Origin: an uncultured Planctomycetia bacterium
GTDB lineage: Bacteria; Omnitrophota; Gorgyraeia; Duberdicusellales; 4484-171
Reading direction: 5' to 3'
Assembly: GCA_964463445.1 (NCBI GenBank)
Contig: CAYXBX010000001.1
Span: 1-42,900 of the forward strand
DNA: 42,900 bases
In this document: positions 12,225-21,604 of the stretch, piece after piece
Numbering within the stretch: position 1 is the stretch's first letter
Layout: each line of letters starts with the position of its first letter
Notes under the pieces: model-generated
The model's database searches: none
What the model saw: only the letters and a program-made list of their open reading frames with translations
What the model was told of the DNA's origin: nothing
Program-made: the position numbers and the translations under genes

Positions 12225-12535
12225 TGTTGAAGGTAAAAAAAGGTGACAGAGTTAAAATCTTAAGAGGAAAAGATAGAGGAAAGGTAGGTAAGGTTCTTAA
12301 GGTTTTGTCTTCTAAAAACAGAGTTGTTGTAGAGGGAATTAATCTTGTTAAAAAGCACATGCGTAAGCGTTCAGAGGCAGAACCTGGCGGAATAAGAGAA
12401 ATACCTGCTCCTCTTCATATTTCCAATGTAAGTCTTTTTTGTTCCAATTGTAATCAAGGGGTAAGGTTTGAGGTTAAAATATTAGAAGATAAGTCAAAGA
12501 TAAGGATATGCAAGAAATGCAAAAGGGAAATTTGA
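12224..12535 (+). CDS. rplX: 50S ribosomal protein L24
   Basis: 103 aa with a KOW motif ([20 protein letters not shown]) and C-terminal CxxC...CxxC. Confidence 0.95.
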   Translation: MLKVKKGDRVKILRGKDRGKVGKVLKVLSSKNRVVVEGINLVKKHMRKRSEAEPGGIREIPAPLHISNVSLFCSNCNQGVRFEVKILEDKSKIRICKKCKREI

Positions 12536-12540
12536 AAGAA

Positions 12541-13086
12541 ATGTATATTCCTCGTCTTCTAGAGGGTTATCGCAAAGATATTGTGCCAAAGATGAAAGAT
12601 AAATTTGGCTATAAAAATAACTTTGCTGTGCCACGACTTCTAAAGATAGTGGTAAATATGGGTATAGGAGAAGCTACCAGTGATGCTAAATTAGTAGAGA
12701 AATGTGCGCGCGATTTAGGTCTTATTACAGGACAAAAGCCTAAGATAACGCGGGCTCGCAAGCCAATATCTAATTTTAAGATTAGAAAGGGTATGGCTAT
12801 TGGCTGTTGTGTTACTCTAAGAAGGTATCGAATGTATGAATTTTTAGATAGGCTTATTTCTGTAGCGATACCTAGAATAAGAGATTTTAGAGGGTTTTCT
12901 CCTAATTCTTTTGACGGCAGAGGAAATTACACCTTTGGGCTTACTGAACAGACAGTATTCCCTGAAGTAGATATAGATAAAGTAGAGAAAACTCAGGGCA
13001 TGGACATAACTATTAATACAAGTGCCCAGACAGACGAGGAGGCAAGAGAGCTTCTTAGGCTCTTTGGTTTTCCCTTTAGGAGGTAG
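12541..13086 (+). CDS. rplE: 50S ribosomal protein L5
   Basis: L5-like ([15 protein letters not shown]). The start is taken at ATG 12541 (MYIPRL...), just after the rplX stop. The ORF-track start 12508 would overlap rplX. Confidence 0.94.
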   Translation: MYIPRLLEGYRKDIVPKMKDKFGYKNNFAVPRLLKIVVNMGIGEATSDAKLVEKCARDLGLITGQKPKITRARKPISNFKIRKGMAIGCCVTLRRYRMYEFLDRLISVAIPRIRDFRGFSPNSFDGRGNYTFGLTEQTVFPEVDIDKVEKTQGMDITINTSAQTDEEARELLRLFGFPFRR

Positions 13087-13087
13087 T

Positions 13088-13282
13088 ATGGCTACTACGG
13101 CAAAGATAGAAAAGTGGAAGAGAGAGAAGACAAAGCCGAAGTATAAGACTCGTTACAGAAATCGTTGCCGGATTTGCGGTAGGCCCCGCGGCTATATTCG
13201 AGATTTTGAGTTATGCCGTATATGTTTTAGGCAATTAGCCTGGCAGGGGGTAATTCCAGGAGTTAAGAAAGCAAGCTGGTAG
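13088..13282 (+). CDS. rpsN: 30S ribosomal protein S14, short zinc-binding type (type Z)
   Basis: 64 aa from ATG 13088 ([10 protein letters not shown]...) with [10 protein letters not shown]...CRICFR (Cys4). The ORF-track start 13022 lies inside rplE. Confidence 0.95.
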   Translation: MATTAKIEKWKREKTKPKYKTRYRNRCRICGRPRGYIRDFELCRICFRQLAWQGVIPGVKKASW

Positions 13283-13309
13283 CACTAAGAAGCAAGTTAG
13301 GAGAGTAAG

Positions 13310-13705
13310 ATGAGCAGAACAGATTTAATTAGTGATGCATTGACAATTATTCGTAACGCCTACCAGGTTCGCAAAGAGGAATCCATGATTCCCTACTCTA
13401 AAATGCTTGTGGGCATTTTAGATATTCTAAAGAGAGAGGGGTTTATTGAGAATTTTAAGGTTATGGAGATGGGTAATACTAAAAGTATTAAAGTGTATCT
13501 TAAATATGATAGGAAGAAGAAAGCAATCTCTAACATAAAGAAAATATCTAAACCTGGTAGAAGGATTTATGTTTCTAAAGACGAAATTCCAGAGGTGCTT
13601 TCTGGTTATGGGATAGCGGTAATGTCTACCTCCCACGGCATTATTACCAATAAAGAGGCGAAAAAAATAGGAGTGGGGGGGGAAGTAATCTGTTATGTGT
13701 GGTGA
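13310..13705 (+). CDS. rpsH: 30S ribosomal protein S8
   Basis: 131 aa with DxLTxIRNA-type start (DALTIIRNA) and a GGEVICYVW end. Confidence 0.96.
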   Translation: MSRTDLISDALTIIRNAYQVRKEESMIPYSKMLVGILDILKREGFIENFKVMEMGNTKSIKVYLKYDRKKKAISNIKKISKPGRRIYVSKDEIPEVLSGYGIAVMSTSHGIITNKEAKKIGVGGEVICYVW

Positions 13706-13708
13706 GAT

Positions 13709-14248
13709 ATGTCTAAGATAGGAAAACAGCCAATCGATATACCCCAGGGAGTAAAGGTCAGTATTAAAGATAGAACTATTACAGTAGAAGGGCCCAAGGG
13801 AAAACTAAACTTTGGCTTTTCTTCTCTTGTAGATGTAGAAGTCAGTGATTCTAAGATTGTTGTGAAACCCCTATCACAGGAAAAATTGGGCAAGGCTCTT
13901 TTTGGCACTACCCGCGCAGTTATTAATAATATGGTAAAAGGGGTTACAGAGGGTTTTAAGAAGGAATTAGAGATTGTAGGGGTAGGTTATAAAGCCCAGA
14001 TGAAGGGGAAAACTTTAGTATTGCAGATTGGTTTTTCCCATCCTGTGGAGATTTCTGTACCAGAAGGAATTAATGTTTCTGTTCCTTCTGCCACTAAGAT
14101 AACAATAGAGGGGATTGATAAGATAAAAGTTGGTCAGTTTGCTGCTAATATTAGAAAAATATACCCTCCTGAGCCTTATAAAGGCAAAGGTATACGTTAT
14201 TCTAATGAAGTGGTAAGGAAGAAGCTGGGTAAAGCAATGGCCAAATAA
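13709..14248 (+). CDS. rplF: 50S ribosomal protein L6
   Basis: 179 aa with an MSKIGKQPI start and the two-domain L6 pattern. Confidence 0.96.
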   Translation: MSKIGKQPIDIPQGVKVSIKDRTITVEGPKGKLNFGFSSLVDVEVSDSKIVVKPLSQEKLGKALFGTTRAVINNMVKGVTEGFKKELEIVGVGYKAQMKGKTLVLQIGFSHPVEISVPEGINVSVPSATKITIEGIDKIKVGQFAANIRKIYPPEPYKGKGIRYSNEVVRKKLGKAMAK

Positions 14249-14260
14249 GAGGAAGAGTTT

Positions 14261-14614
14261 ATGAAGCTTAAAGGAAGAGAGAGAAGACATAGAAGGATAG
14301 TAAAGAAACTTAAAGGTACTAATCAGAGGCCGCGCGTAGTTGTTTTTAGAAGTAAAAAGCATTTTTACGCACAGGTTATTGATGATAGTGAGCAAAAGGT
14401 AATTACAGGAATTTCTACTCTTAACAAAGAATTTAAAGAAAAGAATATAAAGGCTAACAACACAGAAGGGGCGAAAGTCATAGGCAAGCTGTTTGCGGAG
14501 AAATTGAAGAGCTTGGGGATAGAAAGAATAGCTTTTGATAGGGCAGGTTATAAGTATCACGGAAGAGTTAGAGCATTTGCAGAAGGAACACGGGAAGGAG
14601 GATTAATTTTCTAA
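14261..14614 (+). CDS. rplR: 50S ribosomal protein L18
   Basis: 117 aa with [24 protein letters not shown]. Confidence 0.96.
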   Translation: MKLKGRERRHRRIVKKLKGTNQRPRVVVFRSKKHFYAQVIDDSEQKVITGISTLNKEFKEKNIKANNTEGAKVIGKLFAEKLKSLGIERIAFDRAGYKYHGRVRAFAEGTREGGLIF

Positions 14615-15102
14615 TGGTGCAAGGAGAACAAAGTATAGCGCAGGAGAGAGAAGCTTTTGTAGAAAAAGTTATTTTTATCAATCGTGTCACAAAAGTAACT
14701 AAGGGTGGTAAGAACTTAGGTTTTACTGCTTTAGTCGTAGTCGGAGATGGATTATCGCGCGTTGGTTTTTCTCTTGGTAAAGCTAATGAAGTTGCTGATG
14801 CTATACGCAAAGGTATAAAGAGAGCAAAAGAGAATCTTATGGTTGTAAGGAAGGATGGCAATACCATTCCTCATGAGGTACTTGGGAAGTTTGGAGCAGT
14901 AGAGGTTTTGCTTAAACCAGCCAGCAGAGGAACGGGAGTTATTGCCTCAGCTCCTGTAAGAGCAATATGTGAATGTGCCGGTATTAAGGATATTTTAACC
15001 AAGGTATTAAAGAAATCAACAAATCCTATTAATGTTGTAAAGGCTACTTTCGATGCTTTAGGAAATTTGAAAGAGAGAAAAGATGCAGTTGCACAATCTT
15101 AA
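14614..15102 (+). CDS. rpsE: 30S ribosomal protein S5
   Basis: 162 aa with [12 protein letters not shown] and GTGVIA motifs. Confidence 0.96.
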   Translation: MVQGEQSIAQEREAFVEKVIFINRVTKVTKGGKNLGFTALVVVGDGLSRVGFSLGKANEVADAIRKGIKRAKENLMVVRKDGNTIPHEVLGKFGAVEVLLKPASRGTGVIASAPVRAICECAGIKDILTKVLKKSTNPINVVKATFDALGNLKERKDAVAQS

Positions 15103-15535
15103 TATCAAAGTTAGGGCAAAAAGAAGTAAAAGGGTAGGTAGAGGCCCTGGCAGTGGACATGGTAAGACAAGTGGTCGGGGTCATAAGGGGGCAGGTCAGA
15201 GAAAAGGAAGAACTCACTATATAGGATTTGAAGGGGGGAATGTTCCTTATTTAAGGAAGATTCCCAAGCGAGGGTTTACGCCTAAAAGAAGAAAGGAATA
15301 TCAAATTGTAAATCTGGAAAGTATTATAGAACGATTAAAGAATAAAAAAGAAATTTCTCCTAAAGAGTTAAAGGAGGCGCATTTGATAGACAGCTTAAAT
15401 ACACCTGTAAAGATTTTAGCAAGGTTAAAGAATAATTTAGACTGGAAAGCAACATTCAAGGCACACAAATTTTCTAAGAAGGCAGAAAAGGTAATTAAAG
15501 ACAGCGGAGGAAGCATAGAATGTTTAACTCAGTAA
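15083..15535 (+). CDS. rplO: 50S ribosomal protein L15
   Basis: 150 aa with [18 protein letters not shown]. It overlaps rpsE by 20 nt, which leaves no room for an L30 gene. Confidence 0.95.
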   Translation: MQLHNLNIKVRAKRSKRVGRGPGSGHGKTSGRGHKGAGQRKGRTHYIGFEGGNVPYLRKIPKRGFTPKRRKEYQIVNLESIIERLKNKKEISPKELKEAHLIDSLNTPVKILARLKNNLDWKATFKAHKFSKKAEKVIKDSGGSIECLTQ

Positions 15536-16878
15536 TAAACATCTTTAAGATTCCCGATTTAAGAAAGAAGGTTATGATTACTCTTTCTCTCTTGATTGTT
15601 TACCGGATAGGTTGTTTTGTTCCTACTCCCGGAATAGATACTTTAGCGTTGTCGAAATTTTTTGAGGAGCTTAGCCGTGCTCATGGCCAGACACTGTTGG
15701 GGATGATAAATATTTTTACAGGTGGTGCCTTAAGAAGGTTAAGTATCTTTGCCCTGGGAATTATGCCATATATTTCTGCTTCTATTATTATGCAGCTTTT
15801 AACGGCTGTTATTCCTTCTTTAGAGAAAATTGCCCATGAAGGTAGAAGTGGTTATGAAAAAATCAATCAGTACACACGTTATCTTACTTTGGGTTTATGT
15901 CTCTTTCAGGGATTTATGCTTGCTAAATGGCTTGAAAATCCTGCTAGCTTCAGAGGGACAGTAATTGTGCCTAATCCCGGCATTGGTTTTGAGATGATTA
16001 CTATACTTACTTTAGCTTGTGGAACTGTATTTATTATGTGGCTGGGAGAGCAGATTCAGGAGCGCGGTATAGGGAATGGAATTTCTTTGATTATCGCTGC
16101 CAGTATTATTTCCCGTATTCCCTCATCTTTGTATTACCTTTGGGTACTTTATTCTCCATTTAATCCTGCCCAGCGGCAAATTAGCACAATTTCTCTTATT
16201 ACTTTGCTTGCTATATGGTTTTTGATTATAGGGACAGTGGTATTTTTTACACAAGCGCAGCGTCGCATTCCTGTTCAATATGCAAGAAGAGTTGTAGGAA
16301 GACGTGTATACGGTGGTCAGAGTACTTTTCTTCCTATCCGTGTTGATATGGCAGGAGTAATTGCTATTATTTTTGCCCAGAGTGTTTTACTTTTTCCTGC
16401 TACAATTGCCAACTTTTTTCCCAAAAGTTCCTCTACTTTTGTTGGGTTTTTGCAGAGAATATTTAGGTCGGGAGGATTGTGGTATACTGTAATCTATGTA
16501 GGATTAATCATATTCTTTATGTATTTTTACACTGCTATTGTCTTTAACCCTATAGAGATTTCTAACAATTTAAAGAAGCATGGCGGATTTATCCCGGGTA
16601 TAAGGCCGGGAAAGAATACGGCAGAATATATAGATTTTGTAGCAACAAGAATTGTTTTTGTGGGTGCTTTGTATATAGCATTTGTTGCTGTTATGCCGTC
16701 GTTTATTATCAAATTTTTTCATATTCCTTCTTATGCCATTGCTTCTTTTTTTGGAGGGACTACCATTTTAATTATGGTGGGGGTGGTGTTGGATACAATG
16801 CGTCAGATTGAAGGGCAGCTTCTTATTCGGCATTATGATGGGTTTATTAAAGGGAAAACCTTAAGGGCGCGCAGATGA
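15520..16878 (+). CDS. secY: Preprotein translocase subunit SecY
   Basis: 452 aa polytopic membrane protein with SecY-like segments ([12 protein letters not shown]). GGAGGA Shine-Dalgarno (SD) sequence. Canonical position after rplO. Confidence 0.97.
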   Translation: MFNSVINIFKIPDLRKKVMITLSLLIVYRIGCFVPTPGIDTLALSKFFEELSRAHGQTLLGMINIFTGGALRRLSIFALGIMPYISASIIMQLLTAVIPSLEKIAHEGRSGYEKINQYTRYLTLGLCLFQGFMLAKWLENPASFRGTVIVPNPGIGFEMITILTLACGTVFIMWLGEQIQERGIGNGISLIIAASIISRIPSSLYYLWVLYSPFNPAQRQISTISLITLLAIWFLIIGTVVFFTQAQRRIPVQYARRVVGRRVYGGQSTFLPIRVDMAGVIAIIFAQSVLLFPATIANFFPKSSSTFVGFLQRIFRSGGLWYTVIYVGLIIFFMYFYTAIVFNPIEISNNLKKHGGFIPGIRPGKNTAEYIDFVATRIVFVGALYIAFVAVMPSFIIKFFHIPSYAIASFFGGTTILIMVGVVLDTMRQIEGQLLIRHYDGFIKGKTLRARR

Positions 16879-17525
16879 TAATAATTCTTTTTGGAGCACC
16901 AGGAAGCGGTAAAGGTACTCAGGCAAAAGAGATTAGCGAGTATTTTAATATCAGAAGAATATCTTTAGGCGATATCTTAAGAGAGGAAGTTAAGAGGAAA
17001 AGTTCCTTAGGTAGCCAGGTTAAACAGTTTATGGAAAAAGGCGTGCTTGTTCCCGATAGTATTGTAGGGGAAGTGGTTAAGAATAATATACCTGAAGGAG
17101 GGTTTGTTCTTGATGGTTACCCTCGTAATATAAATCAGGCTAAGTACCTGGATGAGGTTCTTTTACAGCGTAAAAAAAAGATTGACACTGCACTTTATCT
17201 TGATGTCGACGAGCCAACTGTTTTAAAGAGGTTGGAATTTAGAAGAGTCTGCAGAAATTGTTCCGCGAATTACCATCTTATTAATATGCCGCCTAAAGTG
17301 GAAGGTGTTTGTGATGTATGCGGAGGAGAGCTTATACAGAGAAAAGATGATACTCCTAGTGTTATAAAAGAGCGTCTTAAGGTATTTTTGAGTGAAAGCA
17401 GGCCTCTTTTACAGTTTTATAAAGACAAAGGTGTGCTTATAAATATAGATGCCAGAGATGAGAAAGACGAAGTTTTTAGTAGAATAAGAAAGGCAATTGA
17501 AGATGGAAGATATATTAAACAGTAA
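16875..17525 (+). CDS. adk: Adenylate kinase (Cys4 zinc lid type)
   Basis: P-loop GAPGSGKGTQ. Lid CRNC...CDVCGG. Confidence 0.96.
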   Translation: MIIILFGAPGSGKGTQAKEISEYFNIRRISLGDILREEVKRKSSLGSQVKQFMEKGVLVPDSIVGEVVKNNIPEGGFVLDGYPRNINQAKYLDEVLLQRKKKIDTALYLDVDEPTVLKRLEFRRVCRNCSANYHLINMPPKVEGVCDVCGGELIQRKDDTPSVIKERLKVFLSESRPLLQFYKDKGVLINIDARDEKDEVFSRIRKAIEDGRYIKQ

Positions 17526-18246
17526 AGAGATTATTCTTATGAGAAAGATAGGTAAATTTGCTCGCACATTTTTACAAAAGTTAAAGAAGATAATAAAGTC
17601 AGGAATGACAACTAAAGATATAGAGGAAGAGTTTGATTGTTTTCTTAACAAAATAAACTTAAAAAGTGCTTTCCGAGGGTATAATGGGTATCCTGCTTCT
17701 CTTTGTGTGTCTGTTAATGAAGAGATAATTCATGGTATTCCCCGAGAGGATAAAGTGATAAAGGACGGAAGTCTTGTGAGTGTGGATTTGGGAATAGAAA
17801 AAGACGGTCTTTTTGTAGATTGTGCTTATACCTATTTAGTGGGAAAAGTATCATCTTTAGGCAGGAAGTTGTTTAGAGTTGGGACAGCTGCTTTAAGAGA
17901 GGGGATAAAGCAGGCACGCGTAGGAAATACTACAGGAGATATAGGATTTGCCATACAAAGAGTTGTAGAAGATAGCGGTTTTTCTGTAATAAGAAGGTTT
18001 GTGGGGCATGGCATTGGTCATAAACTGCATTGTTACCCAGAGGTTCCTAACTTTGGCACACCGAAAAGCGGAGCGATTCTTAAAGAAGGTATGGTTTTAG
18101 CTATTGAGCCTATGATTTCTTCTGGAAATTATGAGGTTGATATATTAGAAGACGGCTGGACAGCAAGGACTAAAGATAAATCTTTAAGTTGTCATTTTGA
18201 GCACACAGTTGTTATTACAAAGAAGGGTCCTTATATAGTAGCTTAG
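17497..18246 (+). CDS. map: Methionine aminopeptidase, type I
   Basis: 249 aa with pita-bread-fold motifs (VDLG...DCAYT, GHGIGHKLH, LAIEPM, FEHTV). The start could also be ATG 17503. Confidence 0.94.
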   Translation: MKMEDILNSKEIILMRKIGKFARTFLQKLKKIIKSGMTTKDIEEEFDCFLNKINLKSAFRGYNGYPASLCVSVNEEIIHGIPREDKVIKDGSLVSVDLGIEKDGLFVDCAYTYLVGKVSSLGRKLFRVGTAALREGIKQARVGNTTGDIGFAIQRVVEDSGFSVIRRFVGHGIGHKLHCYPEVPNFGTPKSGAILKEGMVLAIEPMISSGNYEVDILEDGWTARTKDKSLSCHFEHTVVITKKGPYIVA

Positions 18247-18249
18247 TTT

Positions 18250-18468
18250 ATGGCTAAAGAAGAATTGATTGAGGCAGAAGGAGAAATAGTGGAAGTATTG
18301 CCTAACGCTATGTTTAGGGTAAAACTCGATAACGGGCATATAGTCTTAGCCCATGTAAGCGGGAAAATGAGAATGCATTTTATAAAAATTCTCGCCGGCG
18401 ATAAAGTAAAGTTAGAAATTTCTCCTTACGACCTTAACCGAGGTAGAATTATTTATCGTTACAAATAG
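18250..18468 (+). CDS. infA: Translation initiation factor IF-1
   Basis: 72 aa S1-like OB protein ([20 protein letters not shown]...GRIIYRYK). Confidence 0.97.
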   Translation: MAKEELIEAEGEIVEVLPNAMFRVKLDNGHIVLAHVSGKMRMHFIKILAGDKVKLEISPYDLNRGRIIYRYK

Positions 18469-18475
18469 GGTAGAG

Positions 18476-18589
18476 ATGAAAGTAAAATCTTCCGTAAAGA
18501 AAATATGCGATAAGTGTAAGATAATAAGGCGCAAGGGAATAGTAAGGGTTATCTGTAAAAATCCTAAACATAAGCAGCGTCAGGGATAA
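18476..18589 (+). CDS. rpmJ: 50S ribosomal protein L36
   Basis: Not in the ORF track because it is too short. My own translation is [37 protein letters not shown] (37 aa, CxxC...CxxxxH). Canonical infA-rpmJ-rpsM position. Confidence 0.95.
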   Translation: MKVKSSVKKICDKCKIIRRKGIVRVICKNPKHKQRQG

Positions 18590-18610
18590 AGTTTATTATA
18601 AGGAGGAGTA

Positions 18611-18982
18611 ATGCCAAGAATTTTAGGAGTCGATATTCCCAAGGATAAAAAGGTGAAGATATCGCTGCGTTATCTTTATGGCATTGGCCCTACAAATGCT
18701 ATGGAGGTATTAACGGCAACAAATATTGACCCTGAGAAGAGAGCGCGCGACTTAAGTGATGACGAGATTGCTCGAATCGTAAGTTACATTCAATCTCACT
18801 ATAAGATTGAGGGGGAATTAAGAAGGGAAATATCTTCCGGTATAAGAAGGTTAATAGAGATTGGTTGCTATAGAGGGTTGCGGCATAAAAGAGGACTTCC
18901 TGTAAGAGGTCAACGTACGCGTTGTAACGCCCGCACAAGAAAAGGTCCCAGAGCAAGAGTGGGCGGAGTTAAGAAGAAATAA
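18611..18982 (+). CDS. rpsM: 30S ribosomal protein S13
   Basis: 123 aa with MPRILGVDIP start and RGLRHKRGLPVRGQRT motif. Confidence 0.97.
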   Translation: MPRILGVDIPKDKKVKISLRYLYGIGPTNAMEVLTATNIDPEKRARDLSDDEIARIVSYIQSHYKIEGELRREISSGIRRLIEIGCYRGLRHKRGLPVRGQRTRCNARTRKGPRARVGGVKKK

Positions 18983-18994
18983 GGAGAAGAGGCT

Positions 18995-19387
18995 ATGGCA
19001 AAGAAGAGAAGGAGAGAAAAGAAGAAGAGAATTCATTTAACTTCTAACGCAGGAGTCGTACATATAAATGCTACTTTTAATAATACCATTATTACCGTTA
19101 CTGACTTAAATGGAAATTCTTTAGCATGGGCTTCAGGAGGGTTGATTGGATTTAAGGGGACAAAAAAGTCTACGCCTTATGCTGCTCAACTGGCAGCCCT
19201 TAATGTGGCAAAGAGAGTTAAAGAAATGGGATTAAGTGAGGTGGAGGTTGTAGTTAAAGGGCCTGGCCCAGGAAGGGAAGCAGCGATTCGTTCTCTTCAA
19301 AGTGCAGGTTTGAGTGTCAAGAGAGTAAAAGATGTTACCCCTTCTCCTCATAATGGTTGTAGGCCGAGGAAGAAGAGAAGGGTATAG
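18995..19387 (+). CDS. rpsK: 30S ribosomal protein S11
   Basis: 130 aa with [20 protein letters not shown] and [11 protein letters not shown] motifs. Confidence 0.97.
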   Translation: MAKKRRREKKKRIHLTSNAGVVHINATFNNTIITVTDLNGNSLAWASGGLIGFKGTKKSTPYAAQLAALNVAKRVKEMGLSEVEVVVKGPGPGREAAIRSLQSAGLSVKRVKDVTPSPHNGCRPRKKRRV

Positions 19388-19404
19388 CTTTAAAGGAGAG
19401 TTTT

Positions 19405-20034
19405 ATGGCAAGATACATTGATGCAAGATGCCGATTATGCCGCAGAGAAGGCATGAAGCTATTCTTGAAAGGTTTAAAATGTAATACAGAGAAGTGCCCT
19501 TTTACTAAACGTTCATATGCACCGGGTTTTCATGGTAAGAGGCAGACAAAACCTTCTTATTATGCTTTACAGCTGAGAGAAAAACAAAAAGTGAAAAGAA
19601 TATATGGTATGATGGAAAGACAGTTTAGAAGGTTTTTCTATATTGCATCGAAGTCAAAAGGGACAACAGGCGAAATATTAATTCAGCTTTTAGAAAGACG
19701 TTTAGACAATGTTATTTATCGTGCTCTTTTTTCTTTATCGCGGGCACAGGCACGTCAGATTGTGCGCTACGGGTATATTTTTGTTGGGGGAAGGCGTGTT
19801 AATATACCTTCTTATCTGGTTAAGGAGGGTGATGTCCTTCAGGTAAAAGGGAAAGAAGGCGTGTTAAAGCAGATTCGTCAGAACTACGAGATGAACTCTA
19901 AAGAAAGAAGTGTCCCTTCATGGCTCTCTGTAGATAAAAATAATCTTAAGATAGAAATAACACATTTTCCTCAAAGGGAGGATGTAACTATACCTATTAA
20001 TGAACAGTTTATTGTAGAGTTGTATTCCAAATAG
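19405..20034 (+). CDS. rpsD: 30S ribosomal protein S4 (Cys-rich N-terminus)
   Basis: 209 aa with CRLCRREG...CNTEKC and an S4 RNA-binding domain. Confidence 0.97.
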   Translation: MARYIDARCRLCRREGMKLFLKGLKCNTEKCPFTKRSYAPGFHGKRQTKPSYYALQLREKQKVKRIYGMMERQFRRFFYIASKSKGTTGEILIQLLERRLDNVIYRALFSLSRAQARQIVRYGYIFVGGRRVNIPSYLVKEGDVLQVKGKEGVLKQIRQNYEMNSKERSVPSWLSVDKNNLKIEITHFPQREDVTIPINEQFIVELYSK

Positions 20035-20081
20035 TATATAAATATTTTTTAAATGATTGCGGCGATTAAGGAGGTATTAAG

Positions 20082-21071
20082 ATGGGGATAAAATGGAGAG
20101 ACTTTCAGTTTCCCAAGAAGATTATTATTGAAGAGGAGTCTTATACCCCTTATTATGGGAAGTTTATTGCTGAACCTTTTGAGAGGGGGTATGGTATAAC
20201 ACTGGGAAATTCCTTAAGGAGAGTATTGTTGTCATCTATAGAAGGCTCAGCAGTAACAGCAGTAAGGATTGAAGGGGTTTCTCATGAGTTTTCTGCAATC
20301 GAAGGGGTAAAGGAAGATGTCCCTGAGATTATTCTTAACATAAAAAATATTGTATTGAAGTCATACTCGAAAGTTCCCAAAAAGATTTACATAAAGGCAA
20401 GTGGCGAGAAAGAAGTAAAAGCAAAAGATATTATCACCGACGATACTGTTGAGGTGATTAATCCTGATTTGCATATCGCCACTTTAACATCTAAGAACGC
20501 TAAGTTGAATATTGAGATGGATGTGGGCAGGGGGAGAGGTTTTGTTGCTGCAGAGTTTAACAAAAAGGAAGATTCGCCTATTGGCACTATTCCTGTAGAT
20601 TCAATTTTTACTCCTGTAAAAAAGGTAAGTTTTAAGGTAGAAAATACAAGAGTAGGCAACCGGACGGATTACGACCGTTTAATTATAGAGGTATGGACTA
20701 ATGCAAGCATTGAACCAAAAGAAGCTTTAATTTATGCAGCAAAAGTGTTCAGTAAACATTTAGAGCTATTCTTCTCTTTAGGGGAGATTGCGGAGGAGGA
20801 AGAGGTTGAAGAGTTGACCCCCGAAGAGATAGCTCTTTATGAGAAATTAAAATTGCCTATTTCTGAGCTAGAGCTTTCTGTAAGAAGTGCTAATTGCTTA
20901 AGAGAAGCTAATATAAAGATTCTGGCGGACTTAGTGGAAAAAACAGAGAACCAGATGCTTTCTTACCGTAATTTTGGCAAGAAGTCTCTGGTAGAAATAG
21001 TAAATCTTTTAAAAGGTATGGGATTGTCTTTAGGGATGAAGATTGATAGAAAGAGGATGCAGATAGTATGA
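20082..21071 (+). CDS. rpoA: DNA-directed RNA polymerase subunit alpha
   Basis: 329 aa with an N-terminal dimerisation domain (GNSLRRVLLSSIEG) and a C-terminal domain (LELSVRSANCLREANI). Confidence 0.97.
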   Translation: MGIKWRDFQFPKKIIIEEESYTPYYGKFIAEPFERGYGITLGNSLRRVLLSSIEGSAVTAVRIEGVSHEFSAIEGVKEDVPEIILNIKNIVLKSYSKVPKKIYIKASGEKEVKAKDIITDDTVEVINPDLHIATLTSKNAKLNIEMDVGRGRGFVAAEFNKKEDSPIGTIPVDSIFTPVKKVSFKVENTRVGNRTDYDRLIIEVWTNASIEPKEALIYAAKVFSKHLELFFSLGEIAEEEEVEELTPEEIALYEKLKLPISELELSVRSANCLREANIKILADLVEKTENQMLSYRNFGKKSLVEIVNLLKGMGLSLGMKIDRKRMQIV

Positions 21072-21559
21072 GACACAGAAAAAAAAGCGAAAAATTCTCT
21101 CGCCCTCGCGCTCAACGTAAGGCTCTCGTAAAAAGTCTCTTGCGCTCTTTGATTATCTATGAGCGCATAAGAACTACTACATCTAAAGCTAAGGCAATAA
21201 GGCCGATGGTAGAGAAGCTTATTTCTCTGGCCAAAAGAGGAGATTTACATTCTCGCAGGCTTGCATACAGTATTCTAGGAAACCATGTTCTTGTAAAGAG
21301 GCTATTTGATGATATTGGACCACGGTTTAATAATAAGAACGGTGGTTATACTAGGATATTTAATATAGGCACACGAAAAGGAGACGGTGCTAGTCTTTCT
21401 TTGGTGGAGCTTACTCAACGTAGAGAAAAACTTAAGAAAAAGAAAGAAAAGCCCAAGAAGGAAGAAGAGCCCGCAAGCGCAAGCAAGAGAGAAGAAAAGA
21501 AAGGGTTCTTCTCTGGCGTTAAGAGTGTGTTTAAAAAGAAGGATAAGGGTACTCTTTAA
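21068..21559 (+). CDS. rplQ: 50S ribosomal protein L17 with a K/E-rich C-terminal extension
   Basis: MRHRKK... start and GGYTRI motif. About 45 extra lysine/glutamate-rich residues at the C-terminus. Confidence 0.95.
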   Translation: MRHRKKSEKFSRPRAQRKALVKSLLRSLIIYERIRTTTSKAKAIRPMVEKLISLAKRGDLHSRRLAYSILGNHVLVKRLFDDIGPRFNNKNGGYTRIFNIGTRKGDGASLSLVELTQRREKLKKKKEKPKKEEEPASASKREEKKGFFSGVKSVFKKKDKGTL

Positions 21560-21604
21560 GAAAGACATTGGTTTCTTTTTTGCGATTGTTTTCTTTACTA
21601 TCTG

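Noticed and set aside
21558-21582. Hairpin AAGAAA-(8 nt loop)-TTTCTT followed by TTTTG just after rplQ, as a possible terminator of the ribosomal super-operon.
   Set aside because: The stem is 6 bp with a single G-C pair and a large loop, which is too weak to call. Read-through into the dehydratase gene at 21605 is equally plausible.
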